DNA of 64,000 nucleotides from an uncultured Planctomycetota bacterium. Its GTDB lineage: Bacteria > Planctomycetota > Planctomycetia > Isosphaerales > Isosphaeraceae. The stretch lies in assembly GCA_963845755.1 (NCBI GenBank), contig CAWJTV010000011.1:480001-544000 (forward strand), written 5' to 3'. Position 1 is the stretch's first letter, and the number at the start of each line of letters is the position of its first letter. The position numbers and the translations under genes were made by a program. Of the stretch, positions 42,901 to 54,435 are shown piece by piece. The notes under the pieces are model-generated. The model was not told the DNA's origin. It saw only the letters and a list, made by a program, of their open reading frames with translations, and did not search any database.

Positions 42901-43999
42901 GCTCCGCGGGCCTGCTGGAGGATCCCCGGCAGGCCGAGCATCTCGCGGGCGAGGTCCTGGTAATCGTCGCGATCGACGTCCTGCGCGTACATGGCGGCGG
43001 GCGAGACGTGGTCGAACGGCACGCTCGTGACGGTGCCCAGCTTCCATCCCTGTTCCTGCAACTCGTGGAACAAGGTCTTCACCGGCCGGCCGCCGTCGGT
43101 GACGTTCACGCTGTTGTTGTACGACTTGACCCCGGTGACCATCTCGGCGGCGCTCTGCGAGGAGTCGGTGTACGCGTGCGGGACTCCGCCGACGGCCTGC
43201 ACGCCGGCCTTGTCGGCGGCATTCATCGATTGCCCTTTGAGATAGCCGGGGGCGCGCAGGCCGAGTGGCCCCGGCGTCCACGGGTTCGGCCCGGCGATCC
43301 GGGCATCGTATCCGCCGCCGAGGCTCTCCGGCGGAATTGACACGGTCTGGGCATCGACGTCCGGCGTGTTCTTGTCGTGGGTCGGGCTGGTGACCACGAA
43401 GCCATACTGCGACGCGCCCCCGGCCTGGTAATCCTGGAAGATCAGCCCCGACCCTTTGCCCTCCCGGTAAACCTTGCCCGTCTTGACGATCGCCGCGGCC
43501 TGGGTCGTGGGCCAGTCGAGGCCATCGAACCAGACGATGAACAAGTGCTTGACGCCCCGCGCGACCGCCTCCTTCTGCACCCGGTACAGGTCGCTCTGGT
43601 CGGCGTAGACGGCGCCGGGGTTGACGGTGTGCTCCGGCAAGAAGCCGTAGGCCGACTTGATCTTCCCGGCGTCGCGATACCGGCTGTTCTCGCCCATGAC
43701 GGCGCCCAGGTCGGCCTTCTTGCCGAAGACGTAGACCGGCACCAGTCGGTTCGAATGGCTGGTGTGATTGGAGAAGACGTCGCCGGCGCCCTGCGACCCG
43801 AAATGATAGGCCCGATCCGCCTTCTCGTCCCGGTTGGCCACGTAGGCGGTCTGGAGCGCCTTCAAGCGGTCCGGTGACTCGCCGTCTTGCGCCGGGCGAC
43901 CGCAAGGCTTGCCACGACGAGCACCATCGTCAGGGCGAGGGCCGCCCTCTCGATGAACCGAACCGTCCGCGATGCCGAAGCCCCATTTCGTCGAGCCAT
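39901..43999 (-). CDS. Alkaline phosphatase-family domain fused to carboxypeptidase-regulatory-like repeats (multiple frameshifts)
   Basis: GGAGG RBS and signal peptide at 43999. Motifs WFDGLD, YTDSSQSA, LFVEAGDVDFGLHAN and VSSDHGH. The frame continues into VVGPDGKPIPEA and GKVTDEAGKPIAGA repeats, ending VDLGTLTLQKP*. Confidence 0.78.
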
Positions 44000-44214
44000 C
44001 CGCTCTGGTCCTCCCGATGGAATCCCGGTCCTCTCCATCCGACCCCTCGACTGCATTCTACAGACTTTAGTAGTGGCGATAGCCGGTGGCAAGTGGTGTC
44101 GTCGTGGTCGGTGGCCACTTGCCACTCCAAAGGGAGCGTGCACAATGGTAAAGAGCCCCCCTGTGCAATCGACGCTTTCGATCCCCCTGCCGAATCTCGT
44201 GCGGAGGTCTTCTG

Positions 44215-45449
44215 GTGTATCGAGACGTATTGGCCATCGTCCTGGCCGGGGGTCGGGGATCGCGCCTGGAGCCGCTCACTCGAGACCGAGCCAAGCCGGC
44301 GGTCCCGTTCGGCGGCATCTACCGGATCATCGACTTCACGCTCTCGAACTGCATCAATTCCGACCTGCGCAAGATCCTGGTGCTGACGCAGTACAAGGCG
44401 ACCAGCCTGAACCGGCACATCGACCAGGGGTGGAAGTTCCTCTGCCGCGAGCTGGGCGAGTACATCGAGGTGATCCCGCCGCAGCAGCGGATCGCCGAGA
44501 TGTGGTACCAGGGGACGGCCGACGCGATCTATCAGAATGTGTACACGATCGAGAAGGCGGCGCCCCGGGACACGATGATCCTGGCGGGCGACCACATCTA
44601 CAAGATGAACTACGCGCGGATGATCGATGAACACCGCGCGAAGCAGGCCGACCTGACGATCGCCTGCCTGCCGGTCGCGCGGGCCGAGGCGCGGGAGTTC
44701 GGCGTCATGGGGGTCGACGACGAGAACCAGGTGATGAGCTTCCTGGAGAAGCCGAAGGACCCGCCGGCGATGCCCGGCCACCCCGAGCTGGCGCTGGCCT
44801 CGATGGGGATCTACGTCTTCAACACGGACGTGATGTACGAGCTGCTGTTCCAGGACGCGGCGCGGAAGGAGGCGAGCAACCACGACTTCGGCCGCGACAT
44901 CATCCCGGCCATGCTCGCGGGTGGCTCGCGGGTGATCGCCTATCCGTTCCGCGACGAGAACCGCAAGGGGGGACCGCGTACTGGCGCGATGTCGGCACCC
45001 TGGACGCCTATTTCCAGACCACCATGGACCTGATCCAGATCGACCCGATCTTGAACCTCTACGACCAGGAGTGGCCGATCCACACGTATCAGCCGCCGTA
45101 CCCGCCTCCGAAGTTCGTCCACACCGAGGGCGACCGGCGCGGCGCGGCGTACAATTCGATCGTCTGCCAGGGGGCGATCATCTCGGGAGGCCAGGTCTAC
45201 CGCAGCATCGTCTCGCCGGACGTGCGGGTCCACAGCTACGCCCTGGTCGAGGACGCCATCCTGCTCGACGGGGTCGTGATCGGCCGCAGTGCCCGGGTCC
45301 GCCGCGCCATCATCGACAAGGACGTCCGCGTGCCGGCCCACTTCGAGATCGGCTGGAACCGCGACACCGACGAGGCCCGCGGCTTCATCGTCTCCGATGA
45401 GGGCATCACCGTCGTCGCCAAGGGGGAAGACCTGGAGCGGTTCGGGTGA
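44215..45449 (+). CDS. glgC: Glucose-1-phosphate adenylyltransferase (frameshift near 44970)
   Basis: LAGGRGSRLEPLT, RAKPAVPFGG, WYQGTADA, GDHIYKMNY, FLEKP, ASMGIYVF, DFGRDIIP and a beta-helix C-terminus. Confidence 0.96.
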
Positions 45450-45551
45450 GGGCCATTCCGCTCGGATTCTGGTAAAATCGTGACGGGGGCCGAGTGTCCG
45501 TGGACCACCGGATCGCGTCGCTCCCGATGCCCTGTTTCCGGGAGATCCGCC

Positions 45552-45815
45552 ATGTCTGGGACCGTGAGCAAACAAACAATCTTCGATGCCTTGCATCAGG
45601 TCTCGCCGGACCGATGGGGCGACGTATTGGCGTTCATCGAGTCTCTGCGAGCGGTGAACGAACCCGCCCGGGAACCGGAGAAGTGCGCCTTGACGGCCTC
45701 CGAACTCCTCGCGTCCGGCCTGGTCGGGCTTTGGTCCGATCGAACGGACATCGCCGATAGCCGGGAATTCGCCCGCCGGTTGCGACAGCAGGCCCAGACC
45801 CGGAGCCGCGGATGA
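45552..45815 (+). CDS. Putative antitoxin (DUF2281-like)
   Basis: Small ORF with RBS and ATGA overlap with the PIN toxin gene. VLAFIESL and GLWSDRTDI...FARRLR motifs. Confidence 0.75.
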   Translation: MSGTVSKQTIFDALHQVSPDRWGDVLAFIESLRAVNEPAREPEKCALTASELLASGLVGLWSDRTDIADSREFARRLRQQAQTRSRG

Positions 45816-46189
45816 TTCTGCTGGATACCGATGTCGCAATCGACATCCTTCGCGGTTTTCCACCGGCCGTGGCGTGGCTCCAGGGGCTCGGCACCTCGGT
45901 CCTCGGCATGCCGGGATTGGTCGTGATGGAACTCGTTCAAGGTTGCCAGAACAAGGCCGAACAACTGCGGGTCGAGCAATTCTGCCTACCGCATCCCCTA
46001 CTCTGGCCCACCCACGCCGACTGTCAGCGCGGCCTGGCGGACTACGTGGCCTTCCACCTGAGTCACGGTGTTGGCCTGCTCGATGTCCTGATTGGTCACA
46101 CAGCGGTCGGCCTGAACGAACCGCTGGCGACCTTCAACGTCAAGCACTACCAGATCATCACGGGGCTGAAGACGGTCCAACCGTATTGA
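45812..46189 (+). CDS. vapC: PIN-domain VapC-like toxin
   Basis: MILLDTDVAIDILR, VMELVQG, DVLIGHTA and TFNVKHY. Confidence 0.9.
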   Translation: MILLDTDVAIDILRGFPPAVAWLQGLGTSVLGMPGLVVMELVQGCQNKAEQLRVEQFCLPHPLLWPTHADCQRGLADYVAFHLSHGVGLLDVLIGHTAVGLNEPLATFNVKHYQIITGLKTVQPY

Positions 46190-46321
46190 GGTCGGGGCTA
46201 TCGACGACAGCGCCGCTTCACCGAGGGTGGCATCACCGTCGTCGCCAAGGGGAAGACCTGGTCGACCCGCGGACCGCCGAAGCTCTTGAGAGCGAACAGT
46301 TCGCCGAGAGTCTCGTCGATT

Positions 46322-46918
46322 CTATCGGTCGAAAACTCGGGGTTCAACCGGATGCGATGAGGAAATCCCGCCCTCGGCCCCCGCGGCGGCTTCGAGACGA
46401 TGGCGGTAATGCTCCAGGCCGGGGACGGCCAGGCCGGGCACCTTGGCCGTATCGTCCCAGTGCCGCAGGCGCACGGCGTCGCGATAATACGGGTTGGCCT
46501 CGAATTGCGCGCGCTCCTCGGCCTTCATGGGACCGCCCTGCACGTCGAGGCTGAGGCGCGAGGCGGGCGAGAGGCCCTCGAGGTAGGAGGGATCGACGGC
46601 GCAGAGATATCGCTTGGCGGCGACGTGCAGCCGGATCGGCGCCGTGACCGCGGCCCCGAAGTGCCGGGCCAGCCAGGCGCCGCCGGCCTCCTCGTGGCGA
46701 CCGTCGACCCCGCGCTCGGCGAGGTCCTCGTCCTGGCCGTCCAGCAGGTGCCCCACGTCGTGCAACAACGCCGCCACGATCAAGCGGTCCGGAGCACCTT
46801 CCCGGTCGGCCAGGTCGGCGGCCTGCAGCGCGTGCTCGGCCTGCGACACGGCCTCACCGTGATACGCCGACGCACCCCGGCGGGCGAATAATTCCAGGAT
46901 CTCCTCGACGATATTCAT
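46322..46918 (-). CDS. HD-domain diiron oxygenase, PhnZ/TmpB-like
   Basis: YHGEAVSQAEHALQAA, ALLHDVGH, HEEAG, LHVAAKRYL, QGGPM and LRHWDDTAK. Confidence 0.88.
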   Translation of the reverse strand: MNIVEEILELFARRGASAYHGEAVSQAEHALQAADLADREGAPDRLIVAALLHDVGHLLDGQDEDLAERGVDGRHEEAGGAWLARHFGAAVTAPIRLHVAAKRYLCAVDPSYLEGLSPASRLSLDVQGGPMKAEERAQFEANPYYRDAVRLRHWDDTAKVPGLAVPGLEHYRHRLEAAAGAEGGISSSHPVEPRVFDR

Positions 46919-46935
46919 TAGTAATATCCTAAATT

Positions 46936-48300
46936 TTAAATATTATCACTGAACTCAAAGCCCAGGTCGCCCTTGACCGAGACCGGTTTCGCCGATCGCG
47001 CCGGCCGGAGCTGGTCGACCAGGAAGAACGCAGCCGCGACGCTCGTCAACAAAGCGACGGCTGCCAACACCCAAAAGACGCCCTGCCAGCCCAGCGTGAC
47101 CGAGCCCTGCGCGATACCGACGCCGGCGAGTGCGCCTCCCAGATAACCGAGTCCATCGATGATCCCGCAGGCGGTCGCGGCGCCACGCTTGCCGCCCAGG
47201 TCGAGCGAGATCGCGCCCGCCAGGTAAGAATACGGCCCGATCAGCAAGAAAGCCACGAGCGAGAGCAGGATCAGGGCCGAGCGCGGCCGTCCCGAGAAGT
47301 CCGCCGTGCCGAGCACGATCAGGGCCAGTCCACAAAGTGTCATCCCGCCCAGGATCACCGCCGCGCGGCCGCCGCGGCCGAAGCGGTCGCCCAGAATCCC
47401 CGCGGCGATGACCGAGATCCCGCCGAAGAGGGGGAACAGGCTGCTCAGTCCGGCGCCCGAACCCTTGCTCAGGCCGACCCCTTCCACCAGGTAGGTCGGC
47501 GTCCAGTTGTTGAACGTCTCACGCAACAAGGTCATGCCGACCGACATGAAGCACACGATCCAGAAGGCAGGGCTCCGCGCCATCGTGTCGAAGAGCGGAC
47601 CGGCCGCATCGGGATTCGGGTCCTCGCCGAGCGCGCCGAACAGGTTGCCGGGATTCGACGGCGGCTCGGGCAGGCCGAGGTCCTTGGGCGACTCGCGAAT
47701 CCAGGCCACGTTGAGGATCCAGAGGCCGGCCAGGACGCCCGCCGCGACCCAGAAGACGCCCCGCCAGCCCAGCCCGGCGCCGATCAGCCGTGCCATGAAG
47801 GCGCGCGCCACCGCGTCGCCGAACAGGAAGCTCAGGCTGATGACGCCCATCACCGTGCCGTATCGCGAATAGGAGAACCAGCGTGAGGTGATCTTGATCA
47901 TCCCCGGCCAGCCCAGCGACTGGATCAGTCGGTTGGCGGACCAGGCGAGGGTGAAGACCGGCAGCGAGCCCCCCATCGCGAACAGCATCGTGCAGGCGAT
48001 CGCGCCGGCCATGCTGATCAGGTAGTTCCGGCGCCCGCCCAGCAGGTTGACCAGTCCTCCCGCGAAGAACTTGCCCAGCGCGTAGCCCAGCGTGCCCAGC
48101 GTGATCACCCAGCCGAGCCAGACCTTCGCCGAGTTCCGCTCGATCCCGCGCACCGCCAGGTCGTCGATGATCAAGGGGAGCGTGACCGACAGGTTCGACC
48201 GGCAGAGGTAGAACCCCGAATAACCCAGCACCATCAGCCCCACCATGAGGATCTGCCAGGTCCTCAATCGATCCGCGGTCGGGGTCATGGTCTGAGTCAT
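46936..48300 (-). CDS. MFS transporter, GlpT/UhpT (organophosphate:Pi antiporter)-like
   Basis: GYSGFYLCRSNLS, YALGKF, QSLGWP, SRWFS and WTPTYL, with about 12 TM segments. Confidence 0.85.
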   Translation of the reverse strand: MTQTMTPTADRLRTWQILMVGLMVLGYSGFYLCRSNLSVTLPLIIDDLAVRGIERNSAKVWLGWVITLGTLGYALGKFFAGGLVNLLGGRRNYLISMAGAIACTMLFAMGGSLPVFTLAWSANRLIQSLGWPGMIKITSRWFSYSRYGTVMGVISLSFLFGDAVARAFMARLIGAGLGWRGVFWVAAGVLAGLWILNVAWIRESPKDLGLPEPPSNPGNLFGALGEDPNPDAAGPLFDTMARSPAFWIVCFMSVGMTLLRETFNNWTPTYLVEGVGLSKGSGAGLSSLFPLFGGISVIAAGILGDRFGRGGRAAVILGGMTLCGLALIVLGTADFSGRPRSALILLSLVAFLLIGPYSYLAGAISLDLGGKRGAATACGIIDGLGYLGGALAGVGIAQGSVTLGWQGVFWVLAAVALLTSVAAAFFLVDQLRPARSAKPVSVKGDLGFEFSDNI

Positions 48301-48530
48301 GGCCGGAGCCTCCTCTTCCCGAAGTCTAACATAGGCGGCGACGGACGACGATGTCGCATCATGAGTCAGAGACCCGGTCGAATCGCGACCACAGGCCGCT
48401 CGCGACGAAGTCCCGGGGCCGTGCCGGCTTGCACCGGCCGGTCCCCGAGACTCGGCTGTCTTCGCCATCCATCCCCCGCATCATCGGGGCGGCGAGGGCG
48501 ATCTGGGCAGCCTGCGCCTCGATCAATCAA

Positions 48531-49671
48531 TCAATACTGGTCAGAACTGACGATCTCGCCGCCGGAGCGAGTGATCATGTAGACGACAACCCGAGGGTCC
48601 ACGGTTTCCTTGAAGAAGTGGACCGACCCGTCGGCGAAGAGCATGTTGGCACCGCCGGGGTGGAACGAGTAGATCTCGTTGTTGCTGGTGCAGTTGATCA
48701 GGCAGATGCCGTTACCGCGGATGCCGTTGGAGGAGGACCCGTCGAGGTGGGCGTAGGAGAACGGGTCGGCCCAGGCGCCGCCGCCGCCGTTGACCGGGTT
48801 GATCACGCCGTCGACCGGTCCGTTCTGATTGTAGATCGTGCGGGAGTGGTTGTAACCGATGGGTCGGCCTGCGCCCTCGGCGATCATCACGGTGTTCGAC
48901 GTACCGTCGGTGATGCTGGCGATCCGGACGTGCGCGATCGGCGTGTTGACCAACCCGGTGGTCGGGTTGCCGGTCGAGATGTCGCAGATGGCCCCGCTGT
49001 CGGCGTTTGTGAGCGCCGTTGGCGGCGGCCTGGGAGTAGCCCAGGCTCAGCAGCAGGCTGGTGTGGAAGCCCGGTGTGGCGAAGTAATCCGTCCGGCCCC
49101 ACTCCTGGTCGGGCGGGTTGGGGACGGGGTTGCCGTGACCGTTGCCGAATCCGCTCCAGACGGTATTGTAGTAATTGATCCTGCCGGGGGCGGGCGACGA
49201 GGGGCAGAGGAACCCGTTGATCGTGATGGAGTACGCCGAGTTCTGGCCGACTCCGGGAAAGAGCCCCCCCGAGCCGCCAACGGCCGGCGGCACGTTCATC
49301 TGGTCGAGCGCCGCCAGGTTGAAATTGATCATGTTGTAGACGTTCTGTTGCTCCATGAACGGGAGGATCCGGGTGAAATTGCCCGCATTCTCCTGGTTGG
49401 AGCTGAAGACGGCCGAGGGATCGGAGTCGGGCAGGTAGGGGGGCACGAGGTAGTCGACATCGGGCGGCATCCAGCCGTTGATCGACTCGAAGTTCAGCGT
49501 GCCCAGGCCGATCTGCTTCATGTTGTTGACGCACTGGGCGCGGCGGGCGGCCTCGCGGGCCGATTGCACCGCGGGCAGCAGCAGGGCGATCAGGACCGCG
49601 ATGATCGCGATCACCACCAGGAGCTCGATCAAGGTGAAGGCCCGGCGGGGCCCCGTACGGACGCGGGTCAT
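48531..49671 (-). CDS. Prepilin-type DUF1559 protein (frameshift near 49010)
   Basis: [46 protein letters not shown] and [14 protein letters not shown]. Confidence 0.92.
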
Positions 49672-49772
49672 GGTGTGTACTCCTATTAGATGAGGGTTCG
49701 ATGCCGGAATTGAGGATGCGGGCACCCGAATGTGGCCACATCGGATCGACGGAGTTGATGGATCGAGTCGCG

Positions 49773-50291
49773 TCACTTGAGCGTGATTTCGAGGGTACCC
49801 AGGTCGGTGGAACCGGGTTTGATCTCGGCCTTGAGCTGGGGCTTGCTCGAGTCGGAGTACCGGCCCTTCAGGCGATCGGAGGGGACCGGGTCGAGCTTGT
49901 CGTGCTTGGCCACGACGACCTGCTTGCCCCCGACTCGTTGCGATCTTGGTCTTGCCGCCGGCGTCGGCCGCCGCGGAGTCGTCCGGCTCGGGCCACTGGA
50001 CAAGCACGTTGTACTTGCCGGGTGCAGCCCCGCGGCCCAGCGAGGCACTCTCGACGATGAAGGACCCGTCGTCGCCGACGGTCGCCGACGGGATGACGCC
50101 CGCCGCCGTGGTCGGGGCGCGGGCTCGCCGGGTTGGCGGTGGAATAACAGGATGGCCCCGGCCGCCGGCTGGCCGTCGCAGACGACCTTGCCCGTCACCG
50201 GCGCCAGGCCCTCGGCCGTCCCTCCGCACGAGGCGAGTGTCAGCGCCAGGGCCGGCACCACGATCACAGCAACCCGGAAACGAATCATCAT
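49773..50291 (-). CDS. DUF1559-associated carboxypeptidase-regulatory-like lipoprotein (compensating frameshifts)
   Basis: LASC lipobox, [23 protein letters not shown] in an alternate frame, and DRLKGRYSD. Confidence 0.8.
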   Translation of the reverse strand: MMIRFRVAVIVVPALALTLASCGGTAEGLAPVTGKVVCDGQPAAGAILLFHRQPGEPAPRPRRRASSRRRPSATTGPSSSRVPRWAAGLHPASTTCLSSGPSRTTPRRPTPAARPRSQRVGGKQVVVAKHDKLDPVPSDRLKGRYSDSSKPQLKAEIKPGSTDLGTLEITLK

Positions 50292-50350
50292 TTCGCCTCC
50301 TCACCGGGCCTAACCAAAGGCCCGGACCTCTCGCGTGTCCATGCCGCATA

Positions 50351-50362
50351 CTGTATATACAG
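50351..50362. promoter_or_regulatory. Perfect palindrome CTGTATATACAG, candidate GntR-type operator
   Basis: 12-bp palindrome between the divergent DUF1559/phosphonate operon and the GntR-LacI regulator. It fits the GT-N-TA-N-AC pattern. Confidence 0.55.
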
Positions 50363-50615
50363 ATTCGTCTCACGAACGAGAATGATTGTCGCCTCTATCG
50401 CTCCGTACGCAAGTGAATAATCGATGAATTCCCCGCATTAATTCGAAGAAGGGATGGTCACTGACGTGCAAACGTGATGGGACCGTTCGGAATTTCGAGC
50501 AAGAATCTGCGCTACACAGTTGTGCCTGGAACCCTTTTCGGCTACGATTGAGCCGGTTTCGATTCGAGTGATGGGGCTTGGGGTTGGGGTGTGTCCGAAC
50601 GGACTAGGGGGGTCG

Positions 50616-51735
50616 ATGTCATCCGCAACGTTGCCGAAATATCTGGATATTGCCCGCGCGATCGAGTCGCAGGTCGCGGGGCGGGACGGCGCCAAGGTGC
50701 CGAGCTCGCGGGAGGTCGCCGCGGCGTATGGCGTCTCGGTGGTCACGGCGTCGCGGGCGATCCAGGTGCTCAGGGACAAGGGGCTGATCCGGACGGTGGA
50801 ACGATCGGGCAGCTTCGTGACGCCGGCCGCGGCGGCCGAGAGTGCGGAGCGTCTTGCGCTGGTCCAGCGGAGCACGCCCGGGCCCGGCTTACCACGCGAG
50901 CCTCGCGTTCGTGCAGGCGGGGTTCGCGGCCCTGCGCGCAGGAGGGAATCAAGGTCGAGCACGATCGCTTCCACTTCGACGAGGCGACGCGCCCGGCCGA
51001 CTTGCGGCGGCAGGCCCGTCGCGCGGCCGAGGACGGGATCTCGGGCTTGATCTTCATGCCGTCGCGCTACGAGGACGACGGCCACGCGGCAGGACGAGGC
51101 GTTCCTCCGCGCCTGCCGGCGAGGCGGGGATCGTCGTCGTGCTGATCGAGCGCAACCTCCGCGGCCTCGCCCGCCCGCTCGAATACGACCTCGTCGCGGC
51201 TGACGACCTGGACGGCGGGCTGCGATGCACGCAGCACCTGCTCGACCAGGGGCGGCGACAGATTGCGTTCCTCACCGGATCGCCCACCAGCAGCCACGAA
51301 GCTCGCCTGGCCGGCTATCTCGCTGCGCTGCACCACGCCGGCCGCGGCCGCGATCCGCTCGTGCTCGAGCAGCCCTCGGGTCTGGCCACCAAGGAATCGT
51401 ACGCCAAGCTGGCTGACCGCGTCCTGGCGCAGCTGCCGACGGCGTCGTCTGCTACCAGGACTACACCGCGCTGGGATTGATCCTCGAGTTGCTCAACTCG
51501 GGGCGTCCGCGTGCCGGCCGACGTCGCCGTCACCGGCTTCGACAACCTACCGATCGGCAAGGCCTACTCGATCGGCGTGACGACGTATGCGTTCTCGTCC
51601 GAGTCGGTCGCCCGCCAGGCCACCCGGCTGATCCGGGCCGGCGTCGCCGGCGACACGGGGCCGCCGGTCAAGGTGCTGATCCCCGGCGAGCTCATCGTCC
51701 GCGAGAGCAGCCAACCGTCAGATCCGAAGGCATGA
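50616..51735 (+). CDS. GntR-HTH / LacI-type sugar-binding hybrid regulator, AraR-like (frameshifted)
   Basis: PKYLDIA...KVPSSREVAAAYGVSVVTASRA; QHLLDQGRRQIAFL; RLAGY; VPADVAVTGFDN; ELIVRESS. Confidence 0.85.
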
Positions 51736-51785
51736 GCGGGCCATGCCTGAAGCCCGTCGGCGGCACACTTAGCAGAGGACCGCCC

Positions 51786-54343
51786 ATGACCGGCAACGAG
51801 ATCGAAAGCGCGTTCGCGGTGCTTTGGCCTCCTGGCACTCGTGGCCGTCGCCGCGGGCATGGCGCGCTAGAGCCCGGTGTGGATGGGCCGCCAGACCGAC
51901 GGCAGCTTCCTCGTCTCCTCGGGCCAGCGGATCGAGGCGGGCTCGATCGCCTTCAACGGCCGGCCGATCGACCTGGCGGTGCATCCCCGCGACGAGGTCT
52001 TCGCCGTCCTGAACAAGTCCGAGGTCTTCCTGGCCGATCACGACGGGCGTCGGGCGGGGCGCAGGGTCTCGCTCTCCACCTCGGGAGGGCGAGACCTCGG
52101 CCGGGTTTCGCGGCCTCGTCTGGTCGCCCGACGGCACGCGGCTCTTCGCCAGCACCGATCGCGGCCATGTCCAGGCATTCACCTATGAGAGCGGCAAGCT
52201 CGAGGGCGCGGCGCCGCATCCGCATCCAGCCCGACGGGGACAACGAGAACCCGGTTCCCGGCGGGATGGCGATCACCCGCGACGGCACGCGACTGTTCGT
52301 GGCCGCGGCCAACCGCAACGCGGTCGCCGAGGTCGATCTCGACCACGAACGCGTCGTCCGCGAGTACCCGGTGCAGACCCTGCCGTACGAGCCGAGGCTC
52401 TCGGAAGACGAGCGGACGCTGGTCGTCAGCAACTGGGGCGGCCGGCTGCCGAAGCCCGGCGACCGGACCGCCAAGAGCCAGGATCTCGACATCGTGGTTG
52501 ACGACCGCAGGGGCCCCGGCGTCGGGGACGGTCAGCCTGATCGATCGCGCAGACCGGCGCAACCCGGCACGTCGCGGTCGGCATCCATCCCACGGCGATC
52601 GTCGTGCGAAGGCCGGCTGCGCCTACGTCGCCAACGCCATGAGCGACTCGATCAGCGAGATCGATCTCGACGCCGGCCAGGTCACGCGGACGATTCCCCT
52701 CCGCTGGGGATCGCTCCGCGTGCTCGGCGGCATGCCCAATGCGCTGGCCTTGCGCGGCGACACGCTCTATGTCGCCGACGGCGGCGACAACGCGCTGGCC
52801 GAGATCGACCTGGCCAGCGGGCAGGTCCGCGGGTTCCGCCACGCCGGGTATTTCCCCACGGCGGTGGCCTTCAGCCGCGACGGCAAGTCGGCCTTCGTAC
52901 TCAACACCAAGGGGAACGGCTCGGTGAGCAAGACCTCGCTCGGCAAGCCGGGCAATGCCCACGACTTTCAGGGCACGGTGACCATCGTCGACCTGGCGGC
53001 GGACCTGGTGAAGCGAGACCGAGCTCGTCGCCCGCAACAACCGATGGGAAGTGCAAACCCAGGCCGGCCGCCGCTGAAGGTCTACAACGGCGGGATCAAG
53101 CACGTCCTCTACATCATCAAGGAGAACCGCACCTACGACGAGGTCTTCGGCGACCTGCCCATCGGCAACGGCGACCCGAAGCTGTGCAGCCTCGGCGAGA
53201 CGATCATGCCCAACCACCGCAAGATCGTTCGCGAGTTCACCCTGTTCGACAACGGCTATGTCTGCGGGACCAACAGCGCCGACGGTCACGCCTGGTCGAC
53301 CCAGTGCCTGGCCAACGACTATCTCGAGCACTTCTACGTCGGCTACTCGCGCACCTACCCCGACGACGGCGACTGCGCCATGTCGATCTCCAACGGCGGC
53401 GCCCTGTGGGACGCCGCGCTCGAAGAAAGAGCGATCGGTCCGCGTCTGGGGCGAGTTCTGCGACGACAAGCTCGCGACCTACGACCCCAAGCCGAAGGAC
53501 TGGTTCGAGCTCTGGGAGGACCGAAAGTCAAGGGGACCCACCGGTTCAAGTTCACCGCCGACACCACGGTCGCCAGCCTCAAGCCGCTGATCAACCGCGA
53601 GGTCCACTACTGGCCGCTGCTCCAGAGCGACCAGTTCCGCGCCGATGTGTTTATCCGGGAATACGAGGAGTTCAGCCGGCAGGACAAGCGATGCCCGACC
53701 TGATGATCATGAGCCTGCCCTGCGACCATACCGAGGGAACCAACCCGAAGTATCCGACGCCCCGCGCGATGATGGCCGACAACGACCTGGCGCTGGGCCG
53801 GGTGGTCGAGGCCGTATCGAAGAGCCCGCAGTGGAAGGAGACGTGCATCTTCGTCGTCGAGGACGATGCCCAGTCGGGCCCCGACCACGTCGACGGCCAT
53901 CGCACCGTCTTCATGGCGATCAGTCCGTACAACCGCCGCAAGACGGTCGACTCGACGTTTTACACCCAGACGAACATGATCCGGTCGATCGAGATGATGC
54001 TGGGCCTCGACCCGATGAACAAGTTCGACTCGGTCGCCGACCCGATGGTCGCATGCTTCAGCGACCAGCTCGACCTGACGCCCTATCGCCCGGTGGCCGA
54101 ACAACGTGCCGCTCGACGAACGAAACCCCTCGGGCGCGGCCATGACCGACGCCGATCGCTACTGGCTGGAGAAGACCCTGTCGCTCGACTGGAGCCACCT
54201 CGACGCGCCCGACCCCTACTGGATGAACCGGATCACCTGGTACAGCCTCTTCAAGGGAACGCGCGAATACCCCGCGCGGCCGGGCGAGGGGCCCGGGATG
54301 CGCTCATGACGACGATGACGACGATGACGAGCCCGGACATTGA
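51786..54343 (+). CDS. YVTN/YncE beta-propeller fused to a phosphoesterase domain (heavily frameshifted; end 54309 or 54343)
   Basis: Propeller repeats (YVANAMSDSISEID), IKHVLYIIKENRTYDEVFGD, NSADGHAW, ADNDLALGR and EDDAQSGPDHVDGHR. Confidence 0.85.
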
Positions 54344-54435
54344 AGACTGTCCGCGCCGGTCGCGGCGTCCGCCGTCCCGGGCGCCGGGGACGGTCTCCCA
54401 AATCGAGTAGCATGGGGGAACCGAGGAATTCTCGC

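Larger units (their letters stand above)
45402..46261 (+). repeat. Direct repeat of the glgC 3' end flanking the TA module
   Basis: ggcatcaccgtcgtcgccaagggggaagacctgg at 45402-45435 and the same sequence with one fewer G at 46229-46261. Confidence 0.9.

Noticed and set aside
50351..50362. E. coli-type LexA box
   Set aside because: Spacing is CTGT-N4-ACAG, not N8, and the flanking genes are not SOS genes.
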